64,000 nucleotides of DNA from Rhodocyclaceae bacterium (GTDB taxonomy: Bacteria > Pseudomonadota > Gammaproteobacteria > Burkholderiales > Rhodocyclaceae): positions 5,347-69,346 of the forward strand of contig JAOAHQ010000031.1 in assembly GCA_026415155.1 (NCBI GenBank), in the 5' to 3' direction. Below are positions 22,096 through 31,133 of the stretch, in pieces. The position numbers were made by a program, and so were the translations under genes. Each line of letters starts with the position of its first letter. The first letter of the stretch is position 1. The notes beneath the pieces are model-generated. The model was not told the origin of the DNA, searched no databases, and was given only the letters and a program-made list of their open reading frames with translations.

Positions 22096-22419
22096 ATGCT
22101 TGACTCGGAGACCATCGCGGCTGCTGTTGAGCGGGTGGTGGCGGCTGCGCAGTCGCCTTCACGAGTCATTGTTTTCGGTTCCTATGCCCGCGGTGATGCC
22201 GACGAAGGTTCTGATCTCGATCTGATGGTCATCGAGCGCGAACTTATCGACAAAGGCGAGGAAATGCTCAGGCTCAATCGCGCCATCGGCTGGATCGGCA
22301 AAGGCGTCGATGTGATGGTGCTGACCGAAGCCGATTTCGCGCGCCGCAGCAGCGTACCGGGGACCGCCGCTTACTGGGCTGCACGGGAAGGCAAGGTGAT
22401 GTATGACGCCTGTGCGTGA
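22096..22419 (+). CDS. Minimal nucleotidyltransferase (MNT), putative antitoxin
   Basis: FGSYARGDADEGSDLDL (GSx10DxD), 107 aa. Confidence 0.88.
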   Translation: MLDSETIAAAVERVVAAAQSPSRVIVFGSYARGDADEGSDLDLMVIERELIDKGEEMLRLNRAIGWIGKGVDVMVLTEADFARRSSVPGTAAYWAAREGKVMYDACA

Positions 22420-22798
22420 GGAAGCGCTCCGGCTGCTCGCACTCGCTCAAGCCGACCGTGATGCTTTCCTCTGGCTGATCCAGGGCCCTGGTCTGCGTCC
22501 CGCAACGGTGATGTTCTCGGCCCATCAGGCGATCGAAAAGGCCTTGAAGGCGGTCATGACTGCGCGGGGCCTGATTCCCGGGCGCACCCACAACTTGCTT
22601 GCTTTGGCAGCGGAATTGAACGCAGCCGGCGTAGCCACACCTTTTGCGCCGGACGAGCTGGCGGTGTTGAACCCTTATGCCGTGATCTTTCGCTACAACG
22701 ACGAGGATATCTCCCTCCTCACGCCGGATCAAGCCAAGGCGTTGGTCGGTACCATGCTGGACTGGGCGACGCAGGAGCTCGCAGCCTCCCCGGATTGA
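22403..22798 (+). CDS. HEPN-domain protein, partner of MNT
   Basis: HQAIEKALKA, RTHNL, LNPYAVIFRY; overlaps the MNT 3' end. Confidence 0.85.
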   Translation: MTPVREEALRLLALAQADRDAFLWLIQGPGLRPATVMFSAHQAIEKALKAVMTARGLIPGRTHNLLALAAELNAAGVATPFAPDELAVLNPYAVIFRYNDEDISLLTPDQAKALVGTMLDWATQELAASPD

Positions 22799-22809
22799 CA
22801 ACGCAATGG

Positions 22810-22832
22810 GCCGTCCCGCGAACGCCGACCTA
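22810..22832 (+). repeat. Dispersed 23-bp motif copy (degenerate, intergenic)
   Basis: GCCGTCCCGCGAACGCCGACCTA between HEPN and ftsE. Confidence 0.65.
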
Positions 22833-22878
22833 GCGTTTGATCCGCTAGGCCCCGCGCTTCTGCTATCGTGCGCGCCTC

Positions 22879-23523
22879 ATGATCCGCTTCGACCGCATCA
22901 CCAAGCGCTATCCGCCCGACATTACAGCGCTCGCCGAGATCAGCGCCGAGATCGGTGCCGGTGAGCTCGTCGCCATCACCGGTCATTCGGGCGCCGGCAA
23001 GTCGACGCTCTTGAAGCTGATTCCGGCCATCGAGCGGCCGACGGCGGGCAGCCTGCTCTTCAATGGGCAAAACGTCGGGGCGCTGCCCCCGCGCGCCCTG
23101 CCCTTCTTGCGGCGCAACATGGGGCTCGTCTTCCAGGATCAGAAACTCTTGTTCGATCGCAACGCGCTCGCCAACGTGCTTCTGCCGCTCGAGATCGCCG
23201 GTTTCCCGCCCCGCGAAGCGCGCCGCCGCGCCGAGGCCGCGCTCGACAAGGTGGGGCTCCTAAAGCGCGCCAAGGCAATGCCGATCGCGCTCTCGGGCGG
23301 CGAGCAGCAACGACTCGCGATCGCGCGCGCCGTCGTGCATCGGCCCGCCTTGCTATTGGCCGATGAGCCGACGGCCCATCTCGACACCGACACCGCGCGC
23401 GATGTGGCCAACATCTTCATCGAGTTTCACCGCGTCGGCGTCACGGTGCTCGTCGCCACCTATGATGCCTCGCTGTTCCCCAGCGCGCGCTGCCTGGCCC
23501 TCTCGCAGGGGAGGCTCGTATGA
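22879..23523 (+). CDS. ftsE: Cell division ATP-binding protein FtsE
   Basis: GHSGAGKST, VFQD, LSGGEQQR, LLADEPT. Confidence 0.92.
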   Translation: MIRFDRITKRYPPDITALAEISAEIGAGELVAITGHSGAGKSTLLKLIPAIERPTAGSLLFNGQNVGALPPRALPFLRRNMGLVFQDQKLLFDRNALANVLLPLEIAGFPPREARRRAEAALDKVGLLKRAKAMPIALSGGEQQRLAIARAVVHRPALLLADEPTAHLDTDTARDVANIFIEFHRVGVTVLVATYDASLFPSARCLALSQGRLV

Positions 23524-24416
23524 ACTGGCTAAGCGCGCATGGCAGGGCGATGCAATTGGCGCTCGCGCGGCTCATCGCTGCGCCGCTCAATACCCTGCTC
23601 TCGATCCTCGGCATCGGCATTTTGCTCGCGCTGCCGGCCGGCGGGCAATGGCTGCTCGAACACCTCGCGGCGCTTGGCCGCGGTGCCGCAGCGACGCCGC
23701 AGCTGACGATCTTTCTGCAGGTCGAGGCCGAGCGCCCGGCGGCCGAGGAAATCGTCGCGCGCTTGAAAAAACGCGCCGAAGTGGCGAAAGTCGAGCTCCT
23801 GGCGCGCGAAGACACACTTGAGCGCATGAAGCGCCAGGAGAGCCTTGCCGATGTGATCGCCGCCTTGCCGAAAAATCCTTTCCCCGATGCGATCGTCGTC
23901 ACGCCGGCGGATGAGAATCCGGTGACGCTCGAAGCGCTGGCAACGGAAGCGCGGCAGTGGCGCCAGGTCGAGGCGGTGCAAATCGATTCCGACTGGGCGC
24001 GGCGCCTTTCTGCCTTGCTGCATCTCGCGAGGATCGGTCTCGGGCTCCTTGCCACGCTGCTCGGCCTGGGGCTCGTCGCCATCACCTTCAACACGATCCG
24101 GCTGCAAGTGCTCACACGAGAGGCCGAGGTGGAAGTAAGCCGCCTCTTGGGCGCGACGGACGCCTTCATCCGCCGCCCCTTCCTCTGGTATGGCGCCCTG
24201 CTGGGGCTTTTCGGCGGCGCCATGGCCTGGCTCATCGTCGCCGCGGCCATGTTTGCCCTGCGCTTGCCAGTCGCTGAGCTCGCTCAGCTTTACGGCATCG
24301 AGCTTGAGCTTGCCTTGCCGACATTGCCCTTCAGCGCGATGCTCCTGGGCGCAGCGGCCTTCCTGGGCTGGCTCGGCGCCGCCCTCTCGCTGCGTCAGCA
24401 ACTGCGTGCCCCTTGA
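23520..24416 (+). CDS. ftsX: Cell division permease FtsX
   Basis: NPFPD, NTIRLQ, LLGATDAFIRRPF. Confidence 0.92.
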   Translation: MNWLSAHGRAMQLALARLIAAPLNTLLSILGIGILLALPAGGQWLLEHLAALGRGAAATPQLTIFLQVEAERPAAEEIVARLKKRAEVAKVELLAREDTLERMKRQESLADVIAALPKNPFPDAIVVTPADENPVTLEALATEARQWRQVEAVQIDSDWARRLSALLHLARIGLGLLATLLGLGLVAITFNTIRLQVLTREAEVEVSRLLGATDAFIRRPFLWYGALLGLFGGAMAWLIVAAAMFALRLPVAELAQLYGIELELALPTLPFSAMLLGAAAFLGWLGAALSLRQQLRAP

Positions 24417-24457
24417 GGGGGACGGGCGCACCACGAAGGTGCGTCCCGCCCTCAAAA
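24413..24457. terminator. Imperfect hairpin between convergent ftsX and AAA gene
   Basis: TTGAGGG...GCGCACC-ACGAA-GGTGCGT...CCCTCAA. Confidence 0.5.
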
Positions 24458-25417
24458 GCCGATGCGGCGCGGCCCGCTGCGTTTGGGCAGCTCGAAATCC
24501 TCGACGCGCAGCTCCGAGCGGCCGGCCAGTTTCGCCGTGCCGAAGGCCGCCATGAGGCGCTTTCTCATGTCGCGCGGCGGTAGATGAGCGAGCACTTCCA
24601 TCGCATCCTCGGGCGGCTCCTCGGGAAAGCCCCAGTCGTGCGCCGCGACGATCTCGCGGTAGAGCCGGCAGGCGATGCGAAAGGCGGCTTCCTCGTCCGG
24701 GCGCGGCACCTCATAGACGTTCATGCGATTCAAGATCGGCTCGGGCAACCCCGCTTCGTCGTTGGCCGTCGAAACCCAGAGGATGTGGCTTGCGTCCATT
24801 TCGATGTCGACGAATTCGTCCTTGAAAACGCGCGCCGTGTCGTGCTCCAGCAGCCCATAGAGCGCCCCCATCGGATCGTAGCGGGCATCCCCCCCGGCCT
24901 TATCGACTTCGTCGAGCACGATCAAGGGATTCGCGTAGTCGCCGCCGACCAGGGTGCTCGCCACCTTGCCGGGTTTGGCGTTGTTCCACTGGCTCGAGGC
25001 GCCCGAAAGAATCCAGCCGGCGGTGAGCGAGCTCATCGAGACGAATTCGTAACCGGTGCCGAGCGCCCGGGCGAGCTCGCGCGCGAAATGCGTCTTGCCG
25101 ATGCCCGGCTCGCCCAAAAGCAGGATCGGCGCGAAATGCACCGGCTCGTTGCCGCAGACGGCGAGGGCGAGGGACTTCTTCAAGTCGTCGATGACGGCCG
25201 AGAAGTTCGGGCAGCTTTCATAGAGCGGGTCGAGCGCGTCGGCCGAGGAAGGCTTGACGACGAAGCGCTCGCCGCCGAGTTTCTTCATGCGTTCGTAGAA
25301 GGCGACGAGCGCCTCGTTTTTCGCGGTGGCAGGTTCTTCCATCGCCTTTTCGACGTCGGCCACACAGTAGATCTCGCGCACGTCGGCCAAGGGAATGCGG
25401 ATGTCGGCGGTCGTCAT
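24452..25417 (-). CDS. Lon-type AAA+ ATPase lacking a protease domain
   Basis: GEPGIGKT, NPLIVLDEVDK, LLE...FKDEF, TAN, PILNRM; 321 aa; SD AGGAGG. Confidence 0.85.
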   Translation of the reverse strand: MTTADIRIPLADVREIYCVADVEKAMEEPATAKNEALVAFYERMKKLGGERFVVKPSSADALDPLYESCPNFSAVIDDLKKSLALAVCGNEPVHFAPILLLGEPGIGKTHFARELARALGTGYEFVSMSSLTAGWILSGASSQWNNAKPGKVASTLVGGDYANPLIVLDEVDKAGGDARYDPMGALYGLLEHDTARVFKDEFVDIEMDASHILWVSTANDEAGLPEPILNRMNVYEVPRPDEEAAFRIACRLYREIVAAHDWGFPEEPPEDAMEVLAHLPPRDMRKRLMAAFGTAKLAGRSELRVEDFELPKRSGPRRIGF

Positions 25418-25483
25418 GCTGCACCTCCTGCGAAAAACCTACCTGAAGATATTAACGGGAAGTTCTTGCCCTGGTTGAAGCCA

Positions 25484-25499
25484 AGCATAGCGCGTGCCG
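25484..25499 (-). promoter_or_regulatory. Candidate sigma-54 (-24/-12) promoter of the AAA gene
   Basis: Minus strand CGGCACGCGCTATGCT: GG-N10-GC, close to the TGGCACG-N4-TTGC consensus. Confidence 0.45.
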
Positions 25500-25502
25500 G
25501 AT

Positions 25503-25584
25503 AAAGTCGGCGCTGGCGGAAACGAGGGCGTCCCGCCGGGTGCCGCGTATCATCAATACGACAAGTCGGCGCTGGCGGGACGGC
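25503..25584 (-). repeat. Cluster of dispersed-motif copies
   Basis: AAAGTCGGCGCTGGCGGAAACGA (25503-25525) and CAAGTCGGCGCTGGCGGGACGGC (25562-25584), with an inverted remnant CGTCCCGCC between them. Confidence 0.8.
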
Positions 25585-25664
25585 ATTGCTCGGCCGGGGC
25601 TGAGTCGAGCGGCAAAAAAAGCGCTTCGGTTTTGGTCGCAGCCCAATCCGTAGTAAAACACTCG

Positions 25665-25693
25665 GGAACTTTGCTAGACTGTTAGCACTCTCA
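25665..25693 (+). promoter_or_regulatory. Candidate sigma-E (RpoE) promoter of rpoH
   Basis: GGAACTT-N17-TCTCA, similar to E. coli rpoH P3 (GAACTT-N16-TCTGA). Confidence 0.55.
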
Positions 25694-25708
25694 AGCCGAG
25701 AGTGCTAA
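25682..25708. promoter_or_regulatory. CIRCE element (HrcA operator)
   Basis: Exact TTAGCACTC-N9-GAGTGCTAA, 26 bp upstream of the rpoH ATG. Confidence 0.95.
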
Positions 25709-25734
25709 CATAACGCCGAAAGGAGGATTCCACC

Positions 25735-26643
25735 ATGAGTCAAGCACTTGCTCTTGCTCCGCTGAACTTTCCCGTGCCCTCGGCAAGCGGCAGCCTTGAG
25801 GCTTACATCGCGGCGGCCAACCGCATTCCGATGTTGAGCGAGGAAGAGGAGAAAGCGTTGGCGCGGCGGTTCCGGGACGAGGGTGACCTCGAAGCGGCGC
25901 GCACCTTGGTGCTATCCCACCTGCGGCTCGTGATTGCGGTGGCGCGCGGCTATCTCGGCTATGGCCTGCCGCATGCCGATTTGATCCAGGAAGGCAACAT
26001 CGGCCTCATGAAGGCCGTCAAGCGCTTCGATCCGGAGCGCGGCGTGCGCCTCGTTTCCTTCGCGCTGCATTGGATCAAGGCCGAGATCCACGAATACATC
26101 CTCAGGAACTGGCGCCTCGTCAAGGTGGCGACGACCAAGGCGCAGCGCAAGCTCTTCTTCAACCTGCGCAGCCTCAAGTCGGCACTCGCCCAGGAAGGCG
26201 AGGGGGAAGCCGGTTATGCGAGCCTCTCGCCCGCCGAGGTCAAGAAGGTCGCGCGCGAGCTTAACGTCAAGCCCGAAGAAGTCATCGAGATGGAAACACG
26301 CTTGAGCGGCGCCGATGTCTCGCTCGAGCCGCTCTCCGAGGAAGAAGACGAGGCCTATGCGCCGATCGCCTATCTCGCGGCCGATGCTAGCAGCGAGCCC
26401 TCGGTGCAGCTCGAGCGCAAGGAGCGCGACCGCCTCTGTGAAGTCGGGCTCAAGGAAGCACTCGCCGCGCTCGACGAGCGGAGCCGCACCATTGTCAAGC
26501 GCCGCTGGCTCGTCGAAGACGGCGAAGAGCCGGCCACCTTGCATGAGCTCGCCGCAGAATATGGCGTCTCGGCCGAGCGCATCCGCCAGATCGAGGCCAA
26601 GGCCTTACAGAAGATGCGCGGAGTGCTGGCGGCGCAAATGTAA
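25735..26643 (+). CDS. rpoH: RNA polymerase sigma-32 factor
   Basis: RpoH box [36 protein letters not shown]. Confidence 0.96.
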   Translation: MSQALALAPLNFPVPSASGSLEAYIAAANRIPMLSEEEEKALARRFRDEGDLEAARTLVLSHLRLVIAVARGYLGYGLPHADLIQEGNIGLMKAVKRFDPERGVRLVSFALHWIKAEIHEYILRNWRLVKVATTKAQRKLFFNLRSLKSALAQEGEGEAGYASLSPAEVKKVARELNVKPEEVIEMETRLSGADVSLEPLSEEEDEAYAPIAYLAADASSEPSVQLERKERDRLCEVGLKEALAALDERSRTIVKRRWLVEDGEEPATLHELAAEYGVSAERIRQIEAKALQKMRGVLAAQM

Positions 26644-26687
26644 GCCAAGGCTGAGCCGCACCCCGGCGGCAGGGGCATCCCCGCGAC

Positions 26688-28052
26688 TCATTGGGCCGCC
26701 GGCGGGCGGCCTGAGATCGTCTTGAGCAGCTTCTCATGAATGCCGCCGAAGGCGCCATTGCTCATCACAAGCACATGGTCGCCCGGCCGCGCGGCAGCGG
26801 CGATGCGCTCGATGAGCGCGTCGAGATCGGCGCTCACCTGCACCTTTTCTCCGAGCGGCGCGAGCGCGGCGGCGGCATCCCAGCCGAGATTGGCCGCGTA
26901 GCAGAAGACGAGCTCGGCGCCCGCGAGACTGCCGGGCAGTGCCTCTTTCATCGTGCCGAGCTTCATCGTGTTCGAGCGCGGCTCGAGCACGGCGAGGATG
27001 CGCGCGTTACCGACCTTGCCGCGCAAGGCCGCGATCGTCGCGCGAATCGCCGTCGGATGGTGGGCGAAGTCGTCATAGATGGTGATGCCGTTGGCGACTC
27101 CCCGCACCTCGAGGCGGCGCTTGACGCTTTCGAAACGGGAGAGCGCCGCGAGTCCCGCATCGATTGGCACGCCGGCATGCCGTGCCGCAAGGAGTGCGGC
27201 GAGCGCATTGCGGCGGTTGTGCTCGCCGAGGAGCGTCCAGTGCGTTCTGCCTACCTCGCCCTGCGCATCGTGAATGACGAGGGAGCCGTCGGCATCGTCG
27301 CCCTCGACATGCCAGCCGGCCGGGTCGTTGAAGCGCTCCACTGGCGTCCAGCAGCCCCGTCGCAAGACCCGCTCGAGCGCCGGCTCGGCGGCATTGGCGA
27401 CGATCAGGCCATTGCCGGGAATCGTGCGCACGAAGTGATGAAATTGCGTCTCGATGGCCGCGAGATCAGGAAAGATATCCGCATGATCGTATTCGAGGTT
27501 GTTCAGCACGGCCGTGCGCGGCCGGTAATGGACGAATTTCGAGCGCTTGTCGCAGAACGCGGTATCGTATTCGTCGGCTTCGATGACGAAGAAAGCAGAA
27601 TCGCTGAAATTGGCCGAAGTTCCGAAATTCTGCGGCACGCCGCCGATCAGAAAGCCCGGCGCGAGGCCGGCCTCGTGGAGGATCCAGGCGAGCATCGCCG
27701 AGGTGGTCGTCTTGCCATGCGTGCCGGCCACCGCCAGCACCCATTTTCCAGCCAGGATGTGCTCGGCGAGCCACTGCGGGCCTGAGGTGTAGGGCAGGCC
27801 ACGGTCGAGGATCGCCTCCAAGAGCGGATTACCGCGTGAAATCGCATTGCCGACGATCCAGAGGTCGGCATTAAGGGCGAGCTGATCGGCTTCAAAGCCT
27901 TCGATAAGGCGGATGCCCGCCGCTTCGAGCTGCGTGCTCATCGGCGGATAGACGTTGGCATCGCAGCCGGTGACGCGGTGGCCTGCCGCGCGAGCGAGCA
28001 AGGCGAGCCCGCCCATGAAGGAGCCGCAGATGCCGAGGATATGGATGTGCAT
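26688..28052 (-). CDS. mpl: Murein tripeptide ligase Mpl
   Basis: HILGICGSFM, GTHGKTTT, EADEYDTAF, DDFAHHP, EPRSNTM. Confidence 0.93.
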   Translation of the reverse strand: MHIHILGICGSFMGGLALLARAAGHRVTGCDANVYPPMSTQLEAAGIRLIEGFEADQLALNADLWIVGNAISRGNPLLEAILDRGLPYTSGPQWLAEHILAGKWVLAVAGTHGKTTTSAMLAWILHEAGLAPGFLIGGVPQNFGTSANFSDSAFFVIEADEYDTAFCDKRSKFVHYRPRTAVLNNLEYDHADIFPDLAAIETQFHHFVRTIPGNGLIVANAAEPALERVLRRGCWTPVERFNDPAGWHVEGDDADGSLVIHDAQGEVGRTHWTLLGEHNRRNALAALLAARHAGVPIDAGLAALSRFESVKRRLEVRGVANGITIYDDFAHHPTAIRATIAALRGKVGNARILAVLEPRSNTMKLGTMKEALPGSLAGAELVFCYAANLGWDAAAALAPLGEKVQVSADLDALIERIAAAARPGDHVLVMSNGAFGGIHEKLLKTISGRPPAAQ

Positions 28053-28104
28053 TGCTGAAATACGGATAGGGCTACAATGCCAGCGCATTCTACGGGAGCC
28101 CGCC

Positions 28105-28716
28105 ATGTCGCGCCGCAGCCGCCCTGCCCGCATCCTCAATGCCCATTCCCCCGTCCTGCGCGCCGAGCTTGTCCACGCAGCCGCACGCCTCATCGCCGAG
28201 GATGGCCTCGAATACGGCCTCGCCAAGAAAAAAGCACTGCGCCAGCTGGGCCTGCCCGAGAGCTTCCCGCTGCCGGGCAATGCCGAGGTCGAAGCGGCCG
28301 TGCGCGACTATCGCGCCGTCTATCAAGAGGAGGAGCACGCCGAGCGTGTGCACGCGCTGCGCTTGGCGGCGATCGAGCTCATGCACGAACTCGAGCGCTT
28401 CTCGCCTTGGCTCACCGGCTCGGTGCTCGAGGGCACAGCCGGGCGCAACGCCCGCATCGACCTCTTGCTTTTTCCCGACAGCGCCAAGGAGGTGGAAATC
28501 TACCTGCTCGATCACGGCATTCCGTTTCACCACGGCAAGCCGAAAAGCGAGCGGGTCGAGGCGGTCTTCGTCCTCGAGGATGAAGCGCGGCCGGCGAATC
28601 TGATCGTCCTCGCGCCGCGCGATGAGCGTGTGGTGTTGAAGGGCTTCGACGGCCGCGCGCGGCCCAAGGCGCGCGTCGAGGCGGTCGAGGCGCTGGTAGC
28701 GGCGGAAAAACGCTGA
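28105..28716 (+). CDS. Conserved hypothetical protein with nucleotidyltransferase-like motif
   Basis: AARLIAEDG..YGLAKKKA, TGSVLEGTA...IDL; divergent from mpl, upstream of aroQ. Confidence 0.7.
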   Translation: MSRRSRPARILNAHSPVLRAELVHAAARLIAEDGLEYGLAKKKALRQLGLPESFPLPGNAEVEAAVRDYRAVYQEEEHAERVHALRLAAIELMHELERFSPWLTGSVLEGTAGRNARIDLLLFPDSAKEVEIYLLDHGIPFHHGKPKSERVEAVFVLEDEARPANLIVLAPRDERVVLKGFDGRARPKARVEAVEALVAAEKR

Positions 28717-28755
28717 ACTGGACAACCTGCATCTATTTGCGGCAAACTTGCAGCC

Positions 28756-29253
28756 ATGTCGAAGTCAACCCGCAAAAAAAATACGGATCGGGAGCCGAAC
28801 CAGACTGGCCGCAGCGCGCGCATCCTCGTGCTGCACGGGCCGAATCTGAACCTCTTGGGCAGCCGCGAACCCGAGCTCTATGGCCGCACAACGCTTGCCG
28901 ACATCCACGCGATGATGGAAGCGCGCGCCAAGGCGGCCGGGGTGCAGCTCGAGAGCTTCCAGAGCAACAGCGAGGGCGGGCTGATCGATCGCGTGCAGGC
29001 GGCAGGCGCCGAGGGCATCGAGTTCATCATCCTCAATCCGGGCGGCTATACGCATACCAGCATCGCCTTGCGCGATGCGCTGGCGGCGGTGGCGATTCCC
29101 TTCATCGAGGTGCATCTGACGAACATTTACGCCCGCGAGCCTTTTCGCCGCCACTCTTTTTTTTCCGACCTCGCGGTCGGCACGATCGCCGGCTTCGGCG
29201 CCCAGGGCTATGCCCTGGCGCTCGAAGCTGCCTTGAGTCGCATCAGCAAATAA
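28756..29253 (+). CDS. aroQ: Type II 3-dehydroquinate dehydratase
   Basis: [32 protein letters not shown]. Confidence 0.95.
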   Translation: MSKSTRKKNTDREPNQTGRSARILVLHGPNLNLLGSREPELYGRTTLADIHAMMEARAKAAGVQLESFQSNSEGGLIDRVQAAGAEGIEFIILNPGGYTHTSIALRDALAAVAIPFIEVHLTNIYAREPFRRHSFFSDLAVGTIAGFGAQGYALALEAALSRISK

Positions 29254-29302
29254 CGCTGCGTCAAAGCAGCTTGCAGCCTGCTATGCAGGCAGGGGAGAAC
29301 GC

Positions 29303-29767
29303 ATGGACTTAAGAAAACTCAAGACCCTGATCGAGCTCGTGCAGAATTCCGGCATTTCCGAGCTCGAGATTTCCGAGGGCGAGGAGAAGATCCGCATCGC
29401 CAAGCATGTCGCCGCGGCGCCATCGGTGACGACCGTCAATATGTCGGCGATGCCCGCGCCGATGGCCGTCCCGCCCGCGCCGACTTTCGCCGCCCCTTCT
29501 GCCGCGCCCGAGCCGGCGCCGGCCGAGCCGGAGGGCCATCTCGTCAAGGCGCCGATGGTCGGTACCTTCTACCGCGCAGGTAGCCCGGGCGCGCCTCCCT
29601 TCGTCGAGGTGGGGCAAGCCGTCAAAAAGGGCGACACTTTGTGCATCATCGAGGCGATGAAGCTCATGAACGAGATCGAGGCCGATGTCGATGGCGTCAT
29701 CAAGGCCATCCTCGTCGACAATGGCCAGCCGGTCGAATATGACCAGCCGCTGTTCGTGATCGGCTAA
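29303..29767 (+). CDS. accB: Biotin carboxyl carrier protein
   Basis: [10 protein letters not shown], Pro/Ala linker, EAMKLMN. Confidence 0.96.
   Translation: MDLRKLKTLIELVQNSGISELEISEGEEKIRIAKHVAAAPSVTTVNMSAMPAPMAVPPAPTFAAPSAAPEPAPAEPEGHLVKAPMVGTFYRAGSPGAPPFVEVGQAVKKGDTLCIIEAMKLMNEIEADVDGVIKAILVDNGQPVEYDQPLFVIG
29465..29487 (+). repeat. Dispersed 23-bp motif copy
   Basis: GCCGTCCCGCCCGCGCCGACTTT in the accB linker (AVPPAPTF). Confidence 0.85.
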
Positions 29768-29771
29768 GCCC

Positions 29772-31133
29772 ATGTTCGAAAAAGTCCTCATCGCCAACCG
29801 CGGCGAAATCGCTCTGCGCGTGCTGCGCGCCTGCCGCGAGCTCGGCATTCGCACCGTCGCCGTGCATTCGACCGCCGATGCCGAGGCCAAATACGTCAAG
29901 CTCGCCGATGAGTCGGTCTGCATCGGCCCGCCGCCATCGAGCCAGAGCTATCTCAACATCCCGGCCCTGATCTCGGCCGCCGAGGTGACGGATGCCCAGG
30001 CGATCCACCCGGGCTATGGCTTTCTGTCGGAAAACGCCGATTTCGCCGAACGCGTCGAGAAATCCGGCTTCGTCTTCATCGGCCCGCGCCCCGAAACGAT
30101 CCGCCTGATGGGCGACAAGGTCTCGGCCAAGCACGCGATGAAGGAGGCCGGCGTGCCCTGCGTGCCGGGCTCAGACGGCGCGTTGCCAGAAGATCCAAAG
30201 GAGATCGTGAAAATTGCGCGCGCGATCGGCTATCCGGTCATCATCAAGGCCGCGGGCGGCGGCGGCGGGCGCGGCATGCGCGTCGTGCATACCGAGGCGG
30301 CGCTCATCAATGCCGTCAACATGACGCGCTCGGAAGCCCAGGCGGCCTTCGGCAACCCGATGGTCTATATGGAAAAGTTCCTCGAGAAGCCGCGCCACAT
30401 CGAAATCCAGGTGCTCGCCGACAACTACGGTAACGCGGTGTGGCTTTCCGAGCGCGACTGCTCGATGCAGCGCCGGCACCAAAAGGTCATCGAGGAAGCG
30501 CCGGCGCCCGAGGTCAATCGCCGCCTCATCGCGCGCATCGGCGATCGCTGCGCCGAAGCCTGCCGCAAGATCGGCTATCGCGGCGCCGGCACCTTCGAGT
30601 TCCTCTATGAAAACGGCGAGTTCTACTTCATCGAGATGAACACGCGCGTGCAGGTCGAGCATCCGGTCACCGAGCTCGTCACCGGCATCGACATCGTCGC
30701 GGCGCAGATCCGTATCGCCGCGGGTGAAAAGCTCTGGTTCCGCCAGCGCGACATCACGATCCGCGGCCATGCGCTCGAATGCCGCATCTGCGCCGAAGAC
30801 CCTTACAAGTTCACGCCATCTCCGGGCAAGATCGTCAATTGGCATCCCCCGGGCGGTCCCGGCGTGCGCGTCGATTCGCACGTCTATTCGGGCTATACGG
30901 TGCCGCCGCACTACGATTCGATGATCGCCAAGCTCATCACCTATGGCGACACGCGCGAGCAGGCCATCCGCCGCATGCGGATTGCGCTCTCCGAGATGAT
31001 GGTCGAGGGCATCAAGACCAACATTCCGCTCCATCAGGATTTGATGCTCGACGAGCGCTTCATCCAGGGCGGCACGAGCATCCACTATCTCGAAGAGAAA
31101 CTCGCCGCGCGCGAAGAAGCGCAGCGCAAGTAA
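29772..31133 (+). CDS. accC: Biotin carboxylase
   Basis: [34 protein letters not shown]. Confidence 0.97.
   Translation: MFEKVLIANRGEIALRVLRACRELGIRTVAVHSTADAEAKYVKLADESVCIGPPPSSQSYLNIPALISAAEVTDAQAIHPGYGFLSENADFAERVEKSGFVFIGPRPETIRLMGDKVSAKHAMKEAGVPCVPGSDGALPEDPKEIVKIARAIGYPVIIKAAGGGGGRGMRVVHTEAALINAVNMTRSEAQAAFGNPMVYMEKFLEKPRHIEIQVLADNYGNAVWLSERDCSMQRRHQKVIEEAPAPEVNRRLIARIGDRCAEACRKIGYRGAGTFEFLYENGEFYFIEMNTRVQVEHPVTELVTGIDIVAAQIRIAAGEKLWFRQRDITIRGHALECRICAEDPYKFTPSPGKIVNWHPPGGPGVRVDSHVYSGYTVPPHYDSMIAKLITYGDTREQAIRRMRIALSEMMVEGIKTNIPLHQDLMLDERFIQGGTSIHYLEEKLAAREEAQRK

Noticed and set aside
30171-30179. TCAGACGGC, near the reverse complement of the Neisseria DUS
   Set aside because: Single 9-of-10 match in accC; expected by chance
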